This document shows positions 35,012 to 46,466 of a stretch of DNA of 64,000 nt, in pieces (the first letter of the stretch is position 1; every line of letters begins with the position of its first letter). The stretch is from assembly GCA_025594325.1 (NCBI GenBank), contig JANHCV010000003.1, positions 372,001-436,000 of the forward strand. Reading direction: 5' to 3'. The position numbers and the translations under genes were made by a program. Origin of the DNA: Blastocladiella emersonii ATCC 22665 (lineage: Eukaryota > Fungi > Blastocladiomycota). The notes below the pieces were generated by a model, which worked only from the letters and a program-made list of their open reading frames with translations, made no database searches and was not told where the DNA came from.

Positions 35012-35626
35012 TTAGATGAAGGACGGGCGGGTGTCCGGACGGCGGATCCGGGCCGGAACTGGCGCCCCGCTCGGGCGGGTCATACCAGGAACGCCGACCT
35101 GGCGCAGCTGGTCACGGATAGCCTGCTTGGTGGTACTGGCGCGGAGCTCGCGCCCGAGCAGCTTGGCCGCGAGGTAGTGGAGCGGCATCACCTGCATGTA
35201 GCCCGCCGCCTGGAACAGCTGGACGCGCTGCGCCGGTGTCGGGATGCGCGCGTAGAAGGCGAGGTCCCACTGCGAAACGATCTTGCGGCGCTCGGTCTCG
35301 TACACCTCGAACTCGTGCACGTCGGCGGGCGGCTCCACGTACGCCTCGTGGGCGTGGTACTCGAGCCACTCGAGGATACGGTCGAGCGTCGCCTTGGTGA
35401 TGGTCGGCAGCGGGAGCTCCGAAATCCCGGCGCCGCCCGCCGTCTCACCGTTGTCCGAGGCCGCCGCGGAGGGCGAGGCGGGCGCTGCGGGCACGGTAAA
35501 GTACGACTTGACGAGGCCCGACTTGTACATGGCGGCGAGCGTCGTCTTGACCTCGTAGTCGTCGGACGTCTTGAGAGTAACCACCACCTGGTCGGCGGCG
35601 ATCGAGGCGGCAGCGGTCGCAAACAT
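35012..35626 (-). CDS. SKP1-like protein (intact, ~204 aa)
   Basis: VTLKTSDDYEV..SGLVK..LPLPTITKATLDRILEWLEYH..SQWDLAF..LFQAAGYMQVMPL. No introns or stops. Confidence 0.85.
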   Translation of the reverse strand: MFATAAASIAADQVVVTLKTSDDYEVKTTLAAMYKSGLVKSYFTVPAAPASPSAAASDNGETAGGAGISELPLPTITKATLDRILEWLEYHAHEAYVEPPADVHEFEVYETERRKIVSQWDLAFYARIPTPAQRVQLFQAAGYMQVMPLHYLAAKLLGRELRASTTKQAIRDQLRQVGVPGMTRPSGAPVPARIRRPDTRPSFI

Positions 35627-36896
35627 GGTGGTGCGGGCAGTCGGTCGTTGATGCGTAGCAGTGTGCGAGGGAGGAGGGCTCGGTTGTGTGGACCGACTCG
35701 CGAGAGCAGACGCGCGACGAGCCAAGCACCGTGTGCGTCGCCGCGCCGTGGCCCGGCCGCAACCACGCCGAGATGAGCAACCTCGTCGCGTGTGCGTGGC
35801 GCGCAAGCAGGTGGGGGTCACCTGTCTCGTCACCACGGCACACGGGACGCGGGAGACGCGACCTGGTTCTGTTGTTCGCATGCGGCGCCGCCACGGTGCG
35901 TGCGCGCGAACAGGCAAGAAGTGTCTCCCTCCGGCCGTGCTGAAAACGGCGGCGCAGAACCGGCTGGCGGGGAAGTGCGGCCAGAGGGATGCGTCTCAGA
36001 CACATGCCGACGGCACGCGGCCGCGAGCGCGAGCGAGTCCGCTGGAGAGGGTGTGCGGTCGGCCGCCCGGCGGTCGCTTTAGCGGCAAGAAGAATTTGGG
36101 GGCGTGCGGGCACGACGCTCGATCGCGCGAGCGGGCGGCGAGGAAGGGAGGCCAAGCGACGCGCGCGTTCGGGCGCTGGGCGGCGACCACCGCCGCTCCC
36201 ACCCACCCTCGCTCCCTCTCCTTTTCTCGCCCGCTGCCCAGCCGCCCAACCGCACCCCAACTGCACCCTTGCACCACCCATCCGTCGAGACTAGACATTC
36301 TCGCCATCCCGCCGTCGCGCTCCGGCCGACCGCGACACGCACTCTTGCACACGCGCAGCACGGACGGCAGCCCGTCGGCCCTGCAGCCCGCGCGGCCCGC
36401 GTCACTGCCCCCGTCCAGGTTCCACTCGTACTGGTTGCACATTGCATATCGCTCGATCGCTGCGCTCCCGAGGTCCCAAGGTGCGTTCCGTCCTTCACGA
36501 ACGGGCTGCGGCCTGACGCGCACGACGCGACGCACGCGATGCGCTTCGAGCGGCACGCGCGCGTTCGCCGACTCGCGCGTCGCTCGTGCGGGAACCGGAC
36601 GCTGACGCGCGGCACCCGCCTCGATGTGACTCGTCTAGTATCTCGCGCTATACTTCTACGGCTCGATCCCGGTACCACTACACCTGTACGTGAGCGCGCG
36701 CTCGAGTACGGCATCCACGCTGCGCGCGTCAACGGCGACCGTGACCATCGCGGCGGCCAAGTGGGCTGTTTTCGCCACGCGCGCCGACCTGCGACGCGTG
36801 TGACCGCGACCGCCAGTCGTCGACCTCGCCACCTTCTCTTACCTTCCGCTGCGGCTGCGCCAAGTCGTGAGGTACGCCCAATGATCTGACCGTGAC

Positions 36897-37328
36897 GTGA
36901 TGCGACCGTACAAGGATTGCTTGCTCACCATTGTTCCCTCCCGCCCCCCATCAACTCCATCACGTTCCACACGCCTATGTAGAGATCAGGTCTTTTCTGC
37001 ACCACGGCCTACCGGTACCACGCCGACTCGCGCACCAGGACCTCTTCCTCACGTTCTCAACGGCGACGACGGCATGCCCGACGTCAGCGGGGCTGCGCTC
37101 GCCGCGACGGCGGCCACACTCGGTGACGAGCTCAAAAATCTCTCCGATGAGGACCTGGCGTCCATTTACACGCTCGCGCCGCCAGAAACGGTCTCCAGCG
37201 TCCACGAGGGCGACCGTTCCAACGCGACGCTCAAGTCGGACCTGTACGCCGCGGCCGAGCGGCGCATTGCCGTGTGGCTCGCCCAGCACGCGCCCGCCGT
37301 GCTCGCGGCGCGCTACAACGCCGGGTAA
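36897..37328 (+). CDS. Small ORF, possibly a very divergent SKP1/BTB-like remnant
   Basis: MPDVSGAALA resembles LPNVSEAALA and LKNLSDEDLASIY resembles FEKLSDEQII in the 1327 copy; weak. Confidence 0.3.
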   Translation: MMRPYKDCLLTIVPSRPPSTPSRSTRLCRDQVFSAPRPTGTTPTRAPGPLPHVLNGDDGMPDVSGAALAATAATLGDELKNLSDEDLASIYTLAPPETVSSVHEGDRSNATLKSDLYAAAERRIAVWLAQHAPAVLAARYNAG

Positions 37329-37699
37329 CAAGCGGCGTTGCCTCGCGAGAAAGTCCGTGTGCCGGCTGCAGCAAGCAAAATCTTGCATCGCAAGACGGTA
37401 ACTCCTTGGCGCGGCGAAGTATCAGATACAGCTGCCGAGAATGAATGGGCGGCATGGCATTACTTGAATGGTTCCAATGTAGGCGAGGCAGCGAGAAACG
37501 ACAAAGTCCTAGTGTTCTTGTGGACCGACAATGCTTTCCTGGTCGAATCACACAGAGCAAACGCTTGCTGTAGAGCAACGACAATACCAAGGAGTGGATG
37601 GAAGGTTTACAGGACGAGCGCGAGTAGCTGCGTGGTCGCCGCGTTGCCCGCATCCGACCCAAGGAATGATGAACCGGTTTTAAAATCTGGTCGGCTCGG

Positions 37700-40250
37700 C
37701 GTGTATGTTGTCGATGCCGAGCAAAAGGCTCGGTCCTATTCGGGAGCGAGGAGCTGAAATTCCCGCGAAACCTTGGAGATGCAAGCACGGCTATGTACCA
37801 GTTTCACAAACGTAATCTGCTGTCCGCGCGAGGTGATCCAAGTGCCGAGAGTACGCGTACTACTCACTAGCCGAAGGACGCTGCCGCCGTTGTCGTCCAG
37901 CGCTTGGCGGCGGGGTAGACCAGCAGCGGCTCGATTATCGATTCAAGTCGAGAAGGTGACAGGCCCAACGTCCCGAGAAACCGTGCTGGGATGTAGTGAC
38001 AGAGGTTTGAGCGACTCGGGTGTGAGCGAGAGTTGGCACGGGGGTCAGCCGTGTGTCGTCAAAGCAACTTCACTGCCTTTGACAGCGGCGCAGCGTGCCA
38101 AGTTGTCAGAGCCGCCGACGAGAGTTCATGAAAAGTGAACAGGCGACATCGGCCGTGGGCCCACACACCAAGCGCCTGCCGTGAAGGACTTGCAGGAACC
38201 GCGGCTGAAAGCGGCGCATCCTCAGTCGAGACGCGGTGGTCAAAGTAGGCAGTATTGCACGACAAACCAGGGATGCGGCAAGCGTCGGTCCGATTCCTCC
38301 GTGGCAAGTCTACTCGGCAGTGGTCGTCGTGTCCGTGGGCGTGCGGGTGAGGTACTCGAGTGACGGGGCGACCCGCGCGGCAACCGGAAGGCGGTCGGGC
38401 GCCGCCGTGTTCATTCGTTGCATGAAGTAATAATGTGTTTTGAGGATTTTCATGGGAATGCGGTGAGTCCGAGTGCGGAGAGAGGCTTCCTCCCGGGAAG
38501 AAAGTCCGGTGCGAGTGGCGCCAGACCGACTGACGAGCGCCACTCAGAGCGCCACCACGTGCGCTTGTACTGCACGCGTGCCGAGTGAGCGCAAAATAAT
38601 GGGAAAAGAAACGGGCTTCGCAGCTCGCCATTTCCTCGCTTGGTAGGATTGACTTGATTTTCCCCAATTCCTTTTTTAGTCTTCGCAGTCCTTTGTAGTC
38701 GAGTCGTGGCACATTTTGAATGCGCTGCGCTATCAGGCAGGCTTCCCTTCACCTACGTGTTTTGCATCCATTACAGCTGATCCGGTCGCTTGTGAGAGTC
38801 GAACCAGAGGCCATGGGGGGAAGATCACCAACATCTGCGCGCGCGCCCAACGGAGGTGGAGGCCAATCCACCAACGTCCGACCTGGTCTAAGCAAACAAT
38901 TTGAGAGTTGTTCCCACGTACGCGTCGGCATGTTGCCCGCGGACACCGCTCCCGCTTCGAGTTTACGATTCTACCTCGCGTATTCGCGTACGCGTCTGAA
39001 CAAACAAAGATTTGGCGTGGGCTGTTCCTTTGCTCAGGTATTTCGATCCGCCTCCACCGTGCGGCCATCTAGTTAGCCTCGTGCGAGAGCTTGACCCAAT
39101 CGGACCGTCATGATAAGCTCCCGAACGAAGCAGTACAGCTGTTGCCCACCATTCTACAGATCGCCTTTACGCAAGCCCGCATTCGCGTCAGGTAGTGCTG
39201 TATGGCAATGGAAGGGGAGACTAAGCGGAGACTCGCTTGCTCGTAAATACGCAAGAAACGCTCACTTTATTTCTCGGTCCACCCAATGCAGGGCGACAAC
39301 AGATCCAGCGCGAGTGTACGACTCGTGACGCATCAAGAATTCCCGCAGCGGCCGGGCGGGCGGCGCGGAAGCTTTTCACGGCGCTCGCGCGGTCGCTGCG
39401 CTTCCAGAGGAGGCTTTCCGTCCGACTCGCACTGGTCGTCGCCCGCAATAGAGCGTTGACGTTGAAGTGAGGCGTTTTGAAGATGAAGTTGTTGATGTCA
39501 ACGTGGACCGACGATACGGGCTCCATGGCGTTGGCCGCCTCGACCGTCTTAAAGCACTACGCTGGCGCCGGGATGAAATCTTTGTCGCATGTCGAGATAT
39601 ACATGCGAATCCAAACGCGCGGTCGATGTCGGAGCCGTCGGAGATAAGCTCCACGTGTCTGTTCTACGCTGCGTATCCAACCAACATTCTAGTGGTAGGG
39701 CTCTGTCTCGTCGTCCCGACATGCTGCAGGTTGTGTTGCGCGTCCAACTCGTGTGTCTAGAGCCGGCACCCGAGATTGGATGCGGGGTACGACCTCGATT
39801 GATTTGGCCGCGTCGAGCAGTCACATTTATCCTGAGCTTCAAGCCGGTGGGCGAACCCACTCGCCCAGGCCCTGAAACGTGAGTGCGTTGAGGGCGTCGC
39901 CTAGGCGAGTCGGTCCGGCCGCAAGGTTGGCGAAGCAGGTTGGTCCGTTTCGAATATTCAGCGTAGCTTCGGTTCGTTGCATCAACTCATTCCATAATTC
40001 TAGGATTGCGTCGTAAAGCCATGAGGGAGAAGGGGTCGTTCAGCGCGAAGGGCAGGCGCTCGGTCGCGGGCTTGGTGCGCCACTCGGCTGCAAGCTCCAC
40101 GTGCGCCTATCCAACACGTCCGCGCTCTGTTTGGGCCGCTGTGAGGGTGTACAGTACCAGGCTTGAGGTCACCCATGTGATAGATAGAAAGCAGGATCGA
40201 CTGTCGTCCGGGCGGGCCACCATGCCCACGACCCACGCACCCGAGTGACT
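37700..40250 (-). pseudogene. Two tandem decayed LRR-like remnants, paralogous to 28900-30900
   Basis: Colinear DNA matches: CGGAGGTGGAGGCCAAT (29519/38849), GAAGCTTTTCACG (29949/39368), GCCATGAGGGAGAAGGGGTCGTTCAGCGC (30687/40018), TTCGTTGCAT at 38414 and 39973. Confidence 0.5.
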
Positions 40251-40398
40251 GCCGCTGGCCTCGCGCCGAGAGACGGACGTAAACTGTGGCGAGGGGTGAA
40301 CGAATGTATTGCAATGCGGGATGATGGTGCGCCACTGAGGGACCCTCGAGACTATCTGACGCGGAAAAACGACGTGGCGCGCCCATCCTCGACATCAA

Positions 40399-40860
40399 TC
40401 AAAAGGGCCTGTTGTCGACGCCGAACACGTCGCAGTGCTGCAGGCGGAGCACTCGGAGCTCGCCCTCCTTGAAGCAGAAGGGCTCCTTGTCGTCGTCGAA
40501 GACAAACTCGCCGTAGTCGAAGCCGATCGTACCGCTGCCACTGGCCCGCTGCGCCTCAAAACGCATGCTGTACGCGTGCAGCCGCTCGAGCTTCTTGGCG
40601 ATGCGGTCCACGTTGCGGTGCTCGTTGACTCTGCGCGCAAAGATGCTGATCATGAGATCCGACAGCGGCAGGATCTTGAGGTAGTCGGCGGCGTTGAGCA
40701 GGTCCACGCGCTCGGGTTGCAGCGGGATGCGCGCGATCAGGTCCTCGTCCCACTCCGAGATGGGTGTGCCGCGTTCGGGGACGAGCGACGGCTCGTCGAT
40801 GTGGTGCACGAGCCACTCGATGACGTGGTGGAGTGTCGGTCGGCAGGTCGACCTCGGCGA
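40399..40860 (-). pseudogene. 5'-truncated SKP1-like pseudogene, paralog of 31082-31700
   Basis: EVDLPT/TLHHVIEWLVHHIDEPSLVPERGTPISEWD..VDLLNAADYLKILPLSDLM..RPF. N-terminus absent; small internal deletion with frameshift. Confidence 0.85.
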
Positions 40861-41369
40861 AGCGGCGACGTTGGCGGTCTCGCTTGCACGGCGCCGGGAT
40901 CGGTGCGAAGCGACTCGTGACGGTGATGAGATTTACGTTGGTGCGTGTTTCGGCGATGGTTGCAGGAACCGCCCGCGGTGGAGATGGGGTCACGGCAAGT
41001 GGCAACGTCCAGCGCGAGCGCGATGCTGCCAGCTCGCTTACATGTCGATCGGAGGCACCCGTGCAACAAGTTGCGTTCGACCGAACGATAGGGGATGGAT
41101 CGAGGGTTGAGCGCGGCGCCGCCGCTACAAAAAGGGCGACTTGGCGTCCAACGTTCGCGTTAGCGATGCGGCTCGCGAACGCGTCGGGCGGGAAACGGGT
41201 CACTCACTCCCGCGCACAAACGCCTCAAGCAGACCACGATGGAGAGCGACAGTGTTTATGCAGGGTGGAACGCAAGGCGAGAGGGATGGGGCGGGGGTGG
41301 GGTGAGGTGAGGTCGAAGGTCGCAGGTGCTCCTCAACGACTGTCCACTGGCCACCACCGTCCGCTCAAA

Positions 41370-41987
41370 TCAGACAAATCTCGGAACGCAGCCCGATCTG
41401 CGCTCTTCGCTGCTATCGCCAGGGCGCGGAGCGTAGATGAAGGACGGCCGGGCGCCCGGGCGGCGAGTCCGCTGCGGCGGGGCCCGCGCCGCGCTCGGGC
41501 GGACCTGGCCAGGAACACCGAGCTGCTCGAGCCGGTTGCGGATGTCCTGCTCGCTGCAGCCAGCAGCAAGGGAGCGGCCGAGGATCTTGCACGTGAGGTA
41601 GTACAGCGGCATAATTTGCAAGAATTTGGCGGCGGTGAGCAGCTCGATGCGGTGCACCACGTCCGGGATGCGCGCGAAGAAGGCGAGGTCCCGACCCGTC
41701 ACGGGCGTGCGGCGCTCGGCCTCGATCACCTCGAACTTGTCCGCGTCGGCGGGCGGCGGGTAGTACGGCTCGTCGATGTGGTGCATGAGCCACTCGATGA
41801 CATGGTCGAGCGTGGCCTTGGAGATGGTCGGCAGGTCGACCTCGACCTCGACGCCCTTGGCGGTGCAGGCGGCCGCTGCGTTCATGACGAAGGCCGACTT
41901 GTTCACGACGGCGAGCGTTGTGACGACGACTTGGCCGTCGGACGTCTTGAGGAACACCTCGCGGTCGGTGGCAGCGGTGACGGACAT
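41370..41987 (-). CDS. SKP1-like protein (intact), paralog of 35012-35626
   Basis: EVFLKTSDGQVV..KSAFV..LPTISKATLDHVIEWL..ELLTAAKFLQIMPLYYLTCKIL. The position of the paralog's stop (SFI-TAA) is TAC here (41433-41435), giving a 21-aa extension. Confidence 0.87.
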   Translation of the reverse strand: MSVTAATDREVFLKTSDGQVVVTTLAVVNKSAFVMNAAAACTAKGVEVEVDLPTISKATLDHVIEWLMHHIDEPYYPPPADADKFEVIEAERRTPVTGRDLAFFARIPDVVHRIELLTAAKFLQIMPLYYLTCKILGRSLAAGCSEQDIRNRLEQLGVPGQVRPSAARAPPQRTRRPGARPSFIYAPRPGDSSEERRSGCVPRFV

Positions 41988-42535
41988 GGTAATGCAGCCA
42001 GTCGTTGATACGTTGCAATAAGTGAGGGTGGAGTTCAAGAGCAAGAGCAGGATCGCGCGCGGATGACAGCTGAGCGACGCGCGTCGCGCCCATCGGCTGA
42101 GCTCACGTGGAGTGATCGACGCGTTGAGTCGAGCATCTCCTGTTTTGCGGTTCTGGCTCGTAACCTTGTTATAGGGTAGCATGTGGTTTGAGGTACTGGC
42201 CAACGTCGCGCTCATGCCTGTGATGTGTGCGTGGTTCACCTTGACGGATCAGAGCAGCCGTGGCCGCTTCAACTGGTCGCGGACGCTGGAGCCTACGACT
42301 AAGTTCGAGAAGCTTGAAGCATGACTCTGGCCCTCATCGATTCCTCCGTGATAAGCGTCGACGCCTATCACTGATACGACGTGATCACATTCCTCTGACG
42401 CGTCGTGCCGCGGGTCTCGACCGCACGGTCCAGCCCGCCCTCACTCGCTTCACCTCCTCTCCACCCCTGAAATCTCCCCGCAAATTCACAAAGCACTGCT
42501 TTCATTGTTTACTGCTACATCCACCCACTGCGCGC

Positions 42536-43405
42536 TCACGCCCGCGCGAGCTGCACCGTGTTCCCGCTGGGCACGCACTTGGTGCCGGCGGCGACGGGGA
42601 TGTCGACCCACTTGTCGAAGACGCACTGGCGGATCGTCTTGCCGCCGGCGCCGCACACCATCTGGCCGTGGTTGGCCGCCGAGCACGACCCGTTGTCGCC
42701 GTTACCGCCGTTCGAGGGAGGCTGCGGGATCGGCGCGGACGTGGGCGTCGGGTCCTGCTGGCCCTTGCCCGGGTTGCGGGTAGCCGTCGGACGGGGCGGG
42801 CGCGGGCGCGGGTTGGGGCGAGGCGAGGGCGAGGGCGACGGGGCCGGGTCGACGTCCGTCGGGACGGGCGCGGGCGGGTTGGGGCCGGGCGCGGTGCCGC
42901 TGCCGCCGGTCAGCTTGACGTCGACGCACGAGTCGTAGAACTCGGGGAAGTTAGCGCCGAGGTGGGTCGCCGTGACCTTGATCTTGACGACGCACTCGTC
43001 GCACGTGGTCGACGGGAGCTTGACGGTCATGGCGTCGCGGCGGTTGACGCAGTTCTCCTCCTTCCCAATGTCCTGGGTCGCGCCCGTCTTGAGGTTGATG
43101 AGCTGCGCGGTGCAGGGCCCGACGTGGCGCGCGTTGTTGCCGATCTCGAACCCGAACACCTGCGTCGAGCCCGCGGCGAGCGTCGCGACCTGGCGGCGGG
43201 GCAGCTTGAGGCAGTCGAGGACCGGGCGCAGCGTCGACCCGCCCGCGATCGGCCAGTACCGCCGGTTGTCGTTCGGGTACTCTTGCTTCTCGCGCGACGC
43301 GACGGGCGACTGCAGCGTGAAGTGCGCGTCCGCGGTCGGGGAGAGCGCGGCGAGGATCAGGGCCAGCTGAACCAGGAGCGCGATGCGGAGCGGCGAGGAG
43401 ATCAT
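42536..43405 (-). CDS. Secreted His-brace LPMO-like protein (AA11-like) with Pro-rich linker and CBM19-like chitin-binding domain
   Basis: Signal peptide ends TADA, mature protein starts H-FTLQSP. Second His in HVGPC, EFYDSCVD motif, P/S linker, C-terminal C..HGQMVCG..IRQC..W..VAAGTKC. Confidence 0.75.
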   Translation of the reverse strand: MISSPLRIALLVQLALILAALSPTADAHFTLQSPVASREKQEYPNDNRRYWPIAGGSTLRPVLDCLKLPRRQVATLAAGSTQVFGFEIGNNARHVGPCTAQLINLKTGATQDIGKEENCVNRRDAMTVKLPSTTCDECVVKIKVTATHLGANFPEFYDSCVDVKLTGGSGTAPGPNPPAPVPTDVDPAPSPSPSPRPNPRPRPPRPTATRNPGKGQQDPTPTSAPIPQPPSNGGNGDNGSCSAANHGQMVCGAGGKTIRQCVFDKWVDIPVAAGTKCVPSGNTVQLARA

Positions 43406-44023
43406 AGTGGTGGAGGGTCAGGGTCTGTCTAGCAGGTTCTTCTAAAGGTCGGTCGGTCTACGACGGCACTCGAAGAGTGTTGATGGTGTTGGTTGGGAGG
43501 TGTTTCGTTGTCGAGGGCAGCGGGGGAGGACGAGGGCGATGGCCGCGTCTTATACCCCGCCGACCGTGGCCACCGCCTCTCGCTCCGGCCTTCGCCTTCT
43601 CCCCTCCTCAAATCACTGAAGCTTGGCAACGTGCGGCGGTGGCGACAGCGGCGGTGGCGCAGTTGCACGGTGAAACCCGATCAGGGACCACGGCGTCGTC
43701 AAGCCCTTCCTGGCGACCATGAGGCGGCCACTCACGGGTCGCCGGGCGGACATGAGCCACACGGCCCGCGTCGACCCGCGTGTCAGGCGCCCTGACGTGC
43801 AGCACCGCGTGTTGCAGCCATGATTCGGCGTCACTGGTGATGCAAATTAAATCGCGCGTTGGTCAGCGGCGCGCTGTTTCGGTGCACTGAGTGCTCAGGT
43901 TAGAGCACGGCGGCGGCATTTCGATCTCTTCCTCTCCACACGGTTGTCATGAGCGGGGACACGGCGGAGGGTAAAAAACGAGTGATCCATTACACATCTC
44001 CTCCTAACCCGCCAACCGAACTC

Positions 44024-44767
44024 TTACAGCCGCCCCTTGCCGCCGTATCCGCGGAAGAAGGTGCGGACGACGTAGACCTGGAGGACGGCCATGGCGACCA
44101 TGAGTGCGGACTCGAGGATGGCGAACCACCAGATACGGCGCTCGGTGGACTCGACGGTCGAGAGAGACCGGCGCTCGCGGGTGTGGTAGTACTTTTGCGA
44201 GCGCGAGTAGCTGTTCATCTGCGAGGAGATGCGGAAGATGGTCTCCTCGGACACGCTGGTGTCGGGGACCGAGCCCTTGGCCAGGTTGGGCTTGGGCGCC
44301 GGGATCGAGGCGCGCGTCAGGTGCTCGCCCTCGACCGACAGCTCGATGTCGATGATCTTTTGCGCGAACGTGGACATGCCTGGTTTGCGGGAGCGTCAGC
44401 GTGCGCACCGGGGTAGCCGCCGCCCAACGAGCACCGTACCGTTGGAGAAGCAGAAGCTGTACTCGCCCTTCATCTGCGCGGCAAACACAAAGTCGCCCTG
44501 GCGCTCCTTCTCGCCCGAGATGACCACGTTGTAGTCGGGGTCGGACACGAGGAAGTCGATGTCGAAGGTGCCGCCGGTCTGCACGGCAAAGTAGAAGGAG
44601 ATCTTGGTGCCCTGCTCGGGCGCCATGACGTAGTAGCACAGGTTCTCGTGCGCGGCGATCGGGAACGTGAGCGCGGTCGCGTCGGCTCGCGGCACTAGGC
44701 TCGCGAGGACCGCCAGCACCGCGAGCGCCGCGGCGACGAGGGCGTGGGGCAGCAGCGGCCGATACAT
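44024..44767 (-). CDS. p24/emp24/gp25L GOLD-domain cargo receptor (intron 44439-44380)
   Basis: Signal peptide; LTFPIAAHENLCYY, AVQTGGTFDIDF, GEYSFCFSN|GMSTFAQKII; coiled coil; C-terminal TM plus FF motif. Confidence 0.93.
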
Positions 44768-44991
44768 TACGAAGAGTGGGGTTGCTGGTTCAGGCGGGAG
44801 GTCGACGCGTGGGTTGAGAGGGGCGGCGAGGGAGTGTGTGGCGGCGAGGTCGCGCGGCGCGAGGTTCGGCGGGGCGATCCGCCGCACACGCGCCGCCGAC
44901 ACGCGTGGCAGGTCTCTTTTCATCTGAAATCGACGCGATGCCCCGCCGTCGGTCCCTTCTCTCCCAACGTAACGCAACCCCCGCCCTGAAA

Positions 44992-46458
44992 ATGATGCAG
45001 TCCAACTCGATGCAGCTGCTCGACAAGTGGAAGAGCGCCAAGGACGGGCTCATCCACGCGCCGCGGCCGCCCCTCGCCGGTGGGTAGCCCGCCGCCGCTG
45101 CCGCTCGCTCCACGGACCATCGACTGACCGGCCGCTGGCCCGACCCAGGCAAGCACACGGGCACTTTCGCCTTCTACACGATCCGCGACCGGATCCCCGT
45201 CATCCTGACCAAGGTCATCAGTGCGTAGCCGTCCACCGCTCCACTGCCCGACCGCACACTTATCCGATCCCCGTCTGCAGACGACGTGAACCAGGCCCTG
45301 TTCAAGCTCCCCGCCGACGCGCCGCCCGCGACGGCCGAGGAGGGCAAGGCGGTCATTGAGCGGCTCGCCGCCCTGCGGTACCAGATGCAGCGGGACCACC
45401 CGATGCGCCCGCTCGAGGACTCGCTCCCCGACGCGCCCGTGTGGAACGAGTTCCTCGCCACGTACTGGCCGAACGCCGGCCACTTCCAGGCTGCGTGGCT
45501 CGCGCAGGAGTGCTACGTGTACCGGCGCATCCGCGAGGCCCTCGCGCTGTCGCCCGCGTGGGCCGACTACGACCCGTTCCGCCTCGACAAGGCCATCTCG
45601 CTCGAGAAGAGTATCCCGGTTCTGACGCTCCTCTCGGCGCACGTCGATGGGCTCGTGCAGCACGCCGCGGCCGACGCGGCGGATGAGCATGCGCGGGCGA
45701 CGGCGCTCGGCGAGCTCATCATGTTCAGCCTGTGGGGCAACGCGGTCGACCTGAGCCTGCTCGCCGGGTCGCACTCGCTAGACACGGCGGCGCTCGGCGA
45801 CAAGATGATCCGCGAGGCCGCCGCGGGCGTCGTCGTCAACGACCTCGACCGTGTCGTCCGCGCGCTCCTGGCGCTACGCGGCGGCCGCGTCGACTTTGTC
45901 CTCGACAACGCCGGGTTCGAGCTGACGGCGGACCTGCTGCTCGCCGAGTGGCTCGTGGCCGCGGGACTCGCGTCGCACGTCGTGTTCCACGTCAAGGCGT
46001 TCCCGTGGTTCGTGTCTGACACGACGACGGCGGATTTCGCCGAAACGCTCGACACGCTGGCCCCGCACCTCCCCTCCCGCGTTGCGCACTGGCGCGCGCT
46101 GCTTTCGGAGGGGAAGTGGCGCACGCACGTCGACCCGTTCTGGACGCTCCCGCACGCGTACTACCACCTGCCGTCGTTCCCCGTCGCCGACGAGCTGCGA
46201 ATGGCCGATTTCGTGATCTTCAAGGGCGACCTCAACTACCGCAAACTCGTCTTCGACTGCGCGTGGGACGTGACCACGCCGTTCAACGAGGCCATCGGCC
46301 CGCTCGCCGTCCCCGGCGTCCTCCCGCCGTTCGTCTCGCTGCGCACGTGTAAGAGCGACGTGTGCGTCGGTTTGACGGCTGAGACCGCCGCCGCGCTCGA
46401 GGGGGTCAAGGACTGGATGGTGTCGGGCAAGCATGCCGTGATTTCGTTCAAAGAGTAA
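44992..46458 (+). CDS. ARMT1: Damage-control phosphatase ARMT1/DUF89 family (2 introns)
   Basis: Spliced LAG|KHTGTFAFYTIRDRIPVIL; SLWGNAVDLS, VDFVLDNAGFEL..D, FHVKAFPWFVSD, IFKGDLNYRKL, SLRTCKSD. Confidence 0.92.
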
Positions 46459-46466
46459 TATGTATT

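Noticed and set aside
35640-36890. Several overlapping 200-300 aa ORFs
   Set aside because: CG-rich low-complexity intergenic sequence with no consistent codon bias or motif.
19188-42000. Endogenous giant-virus origin of the F-box/SKP1/SNF2-RING island
   Set aside because: Such families occur in large DNA viruses, but I saw no capsid, packaging ATPase, primase or polymerase hallmark, and spliceosomal introns are present. Unsupported without phylogenies.
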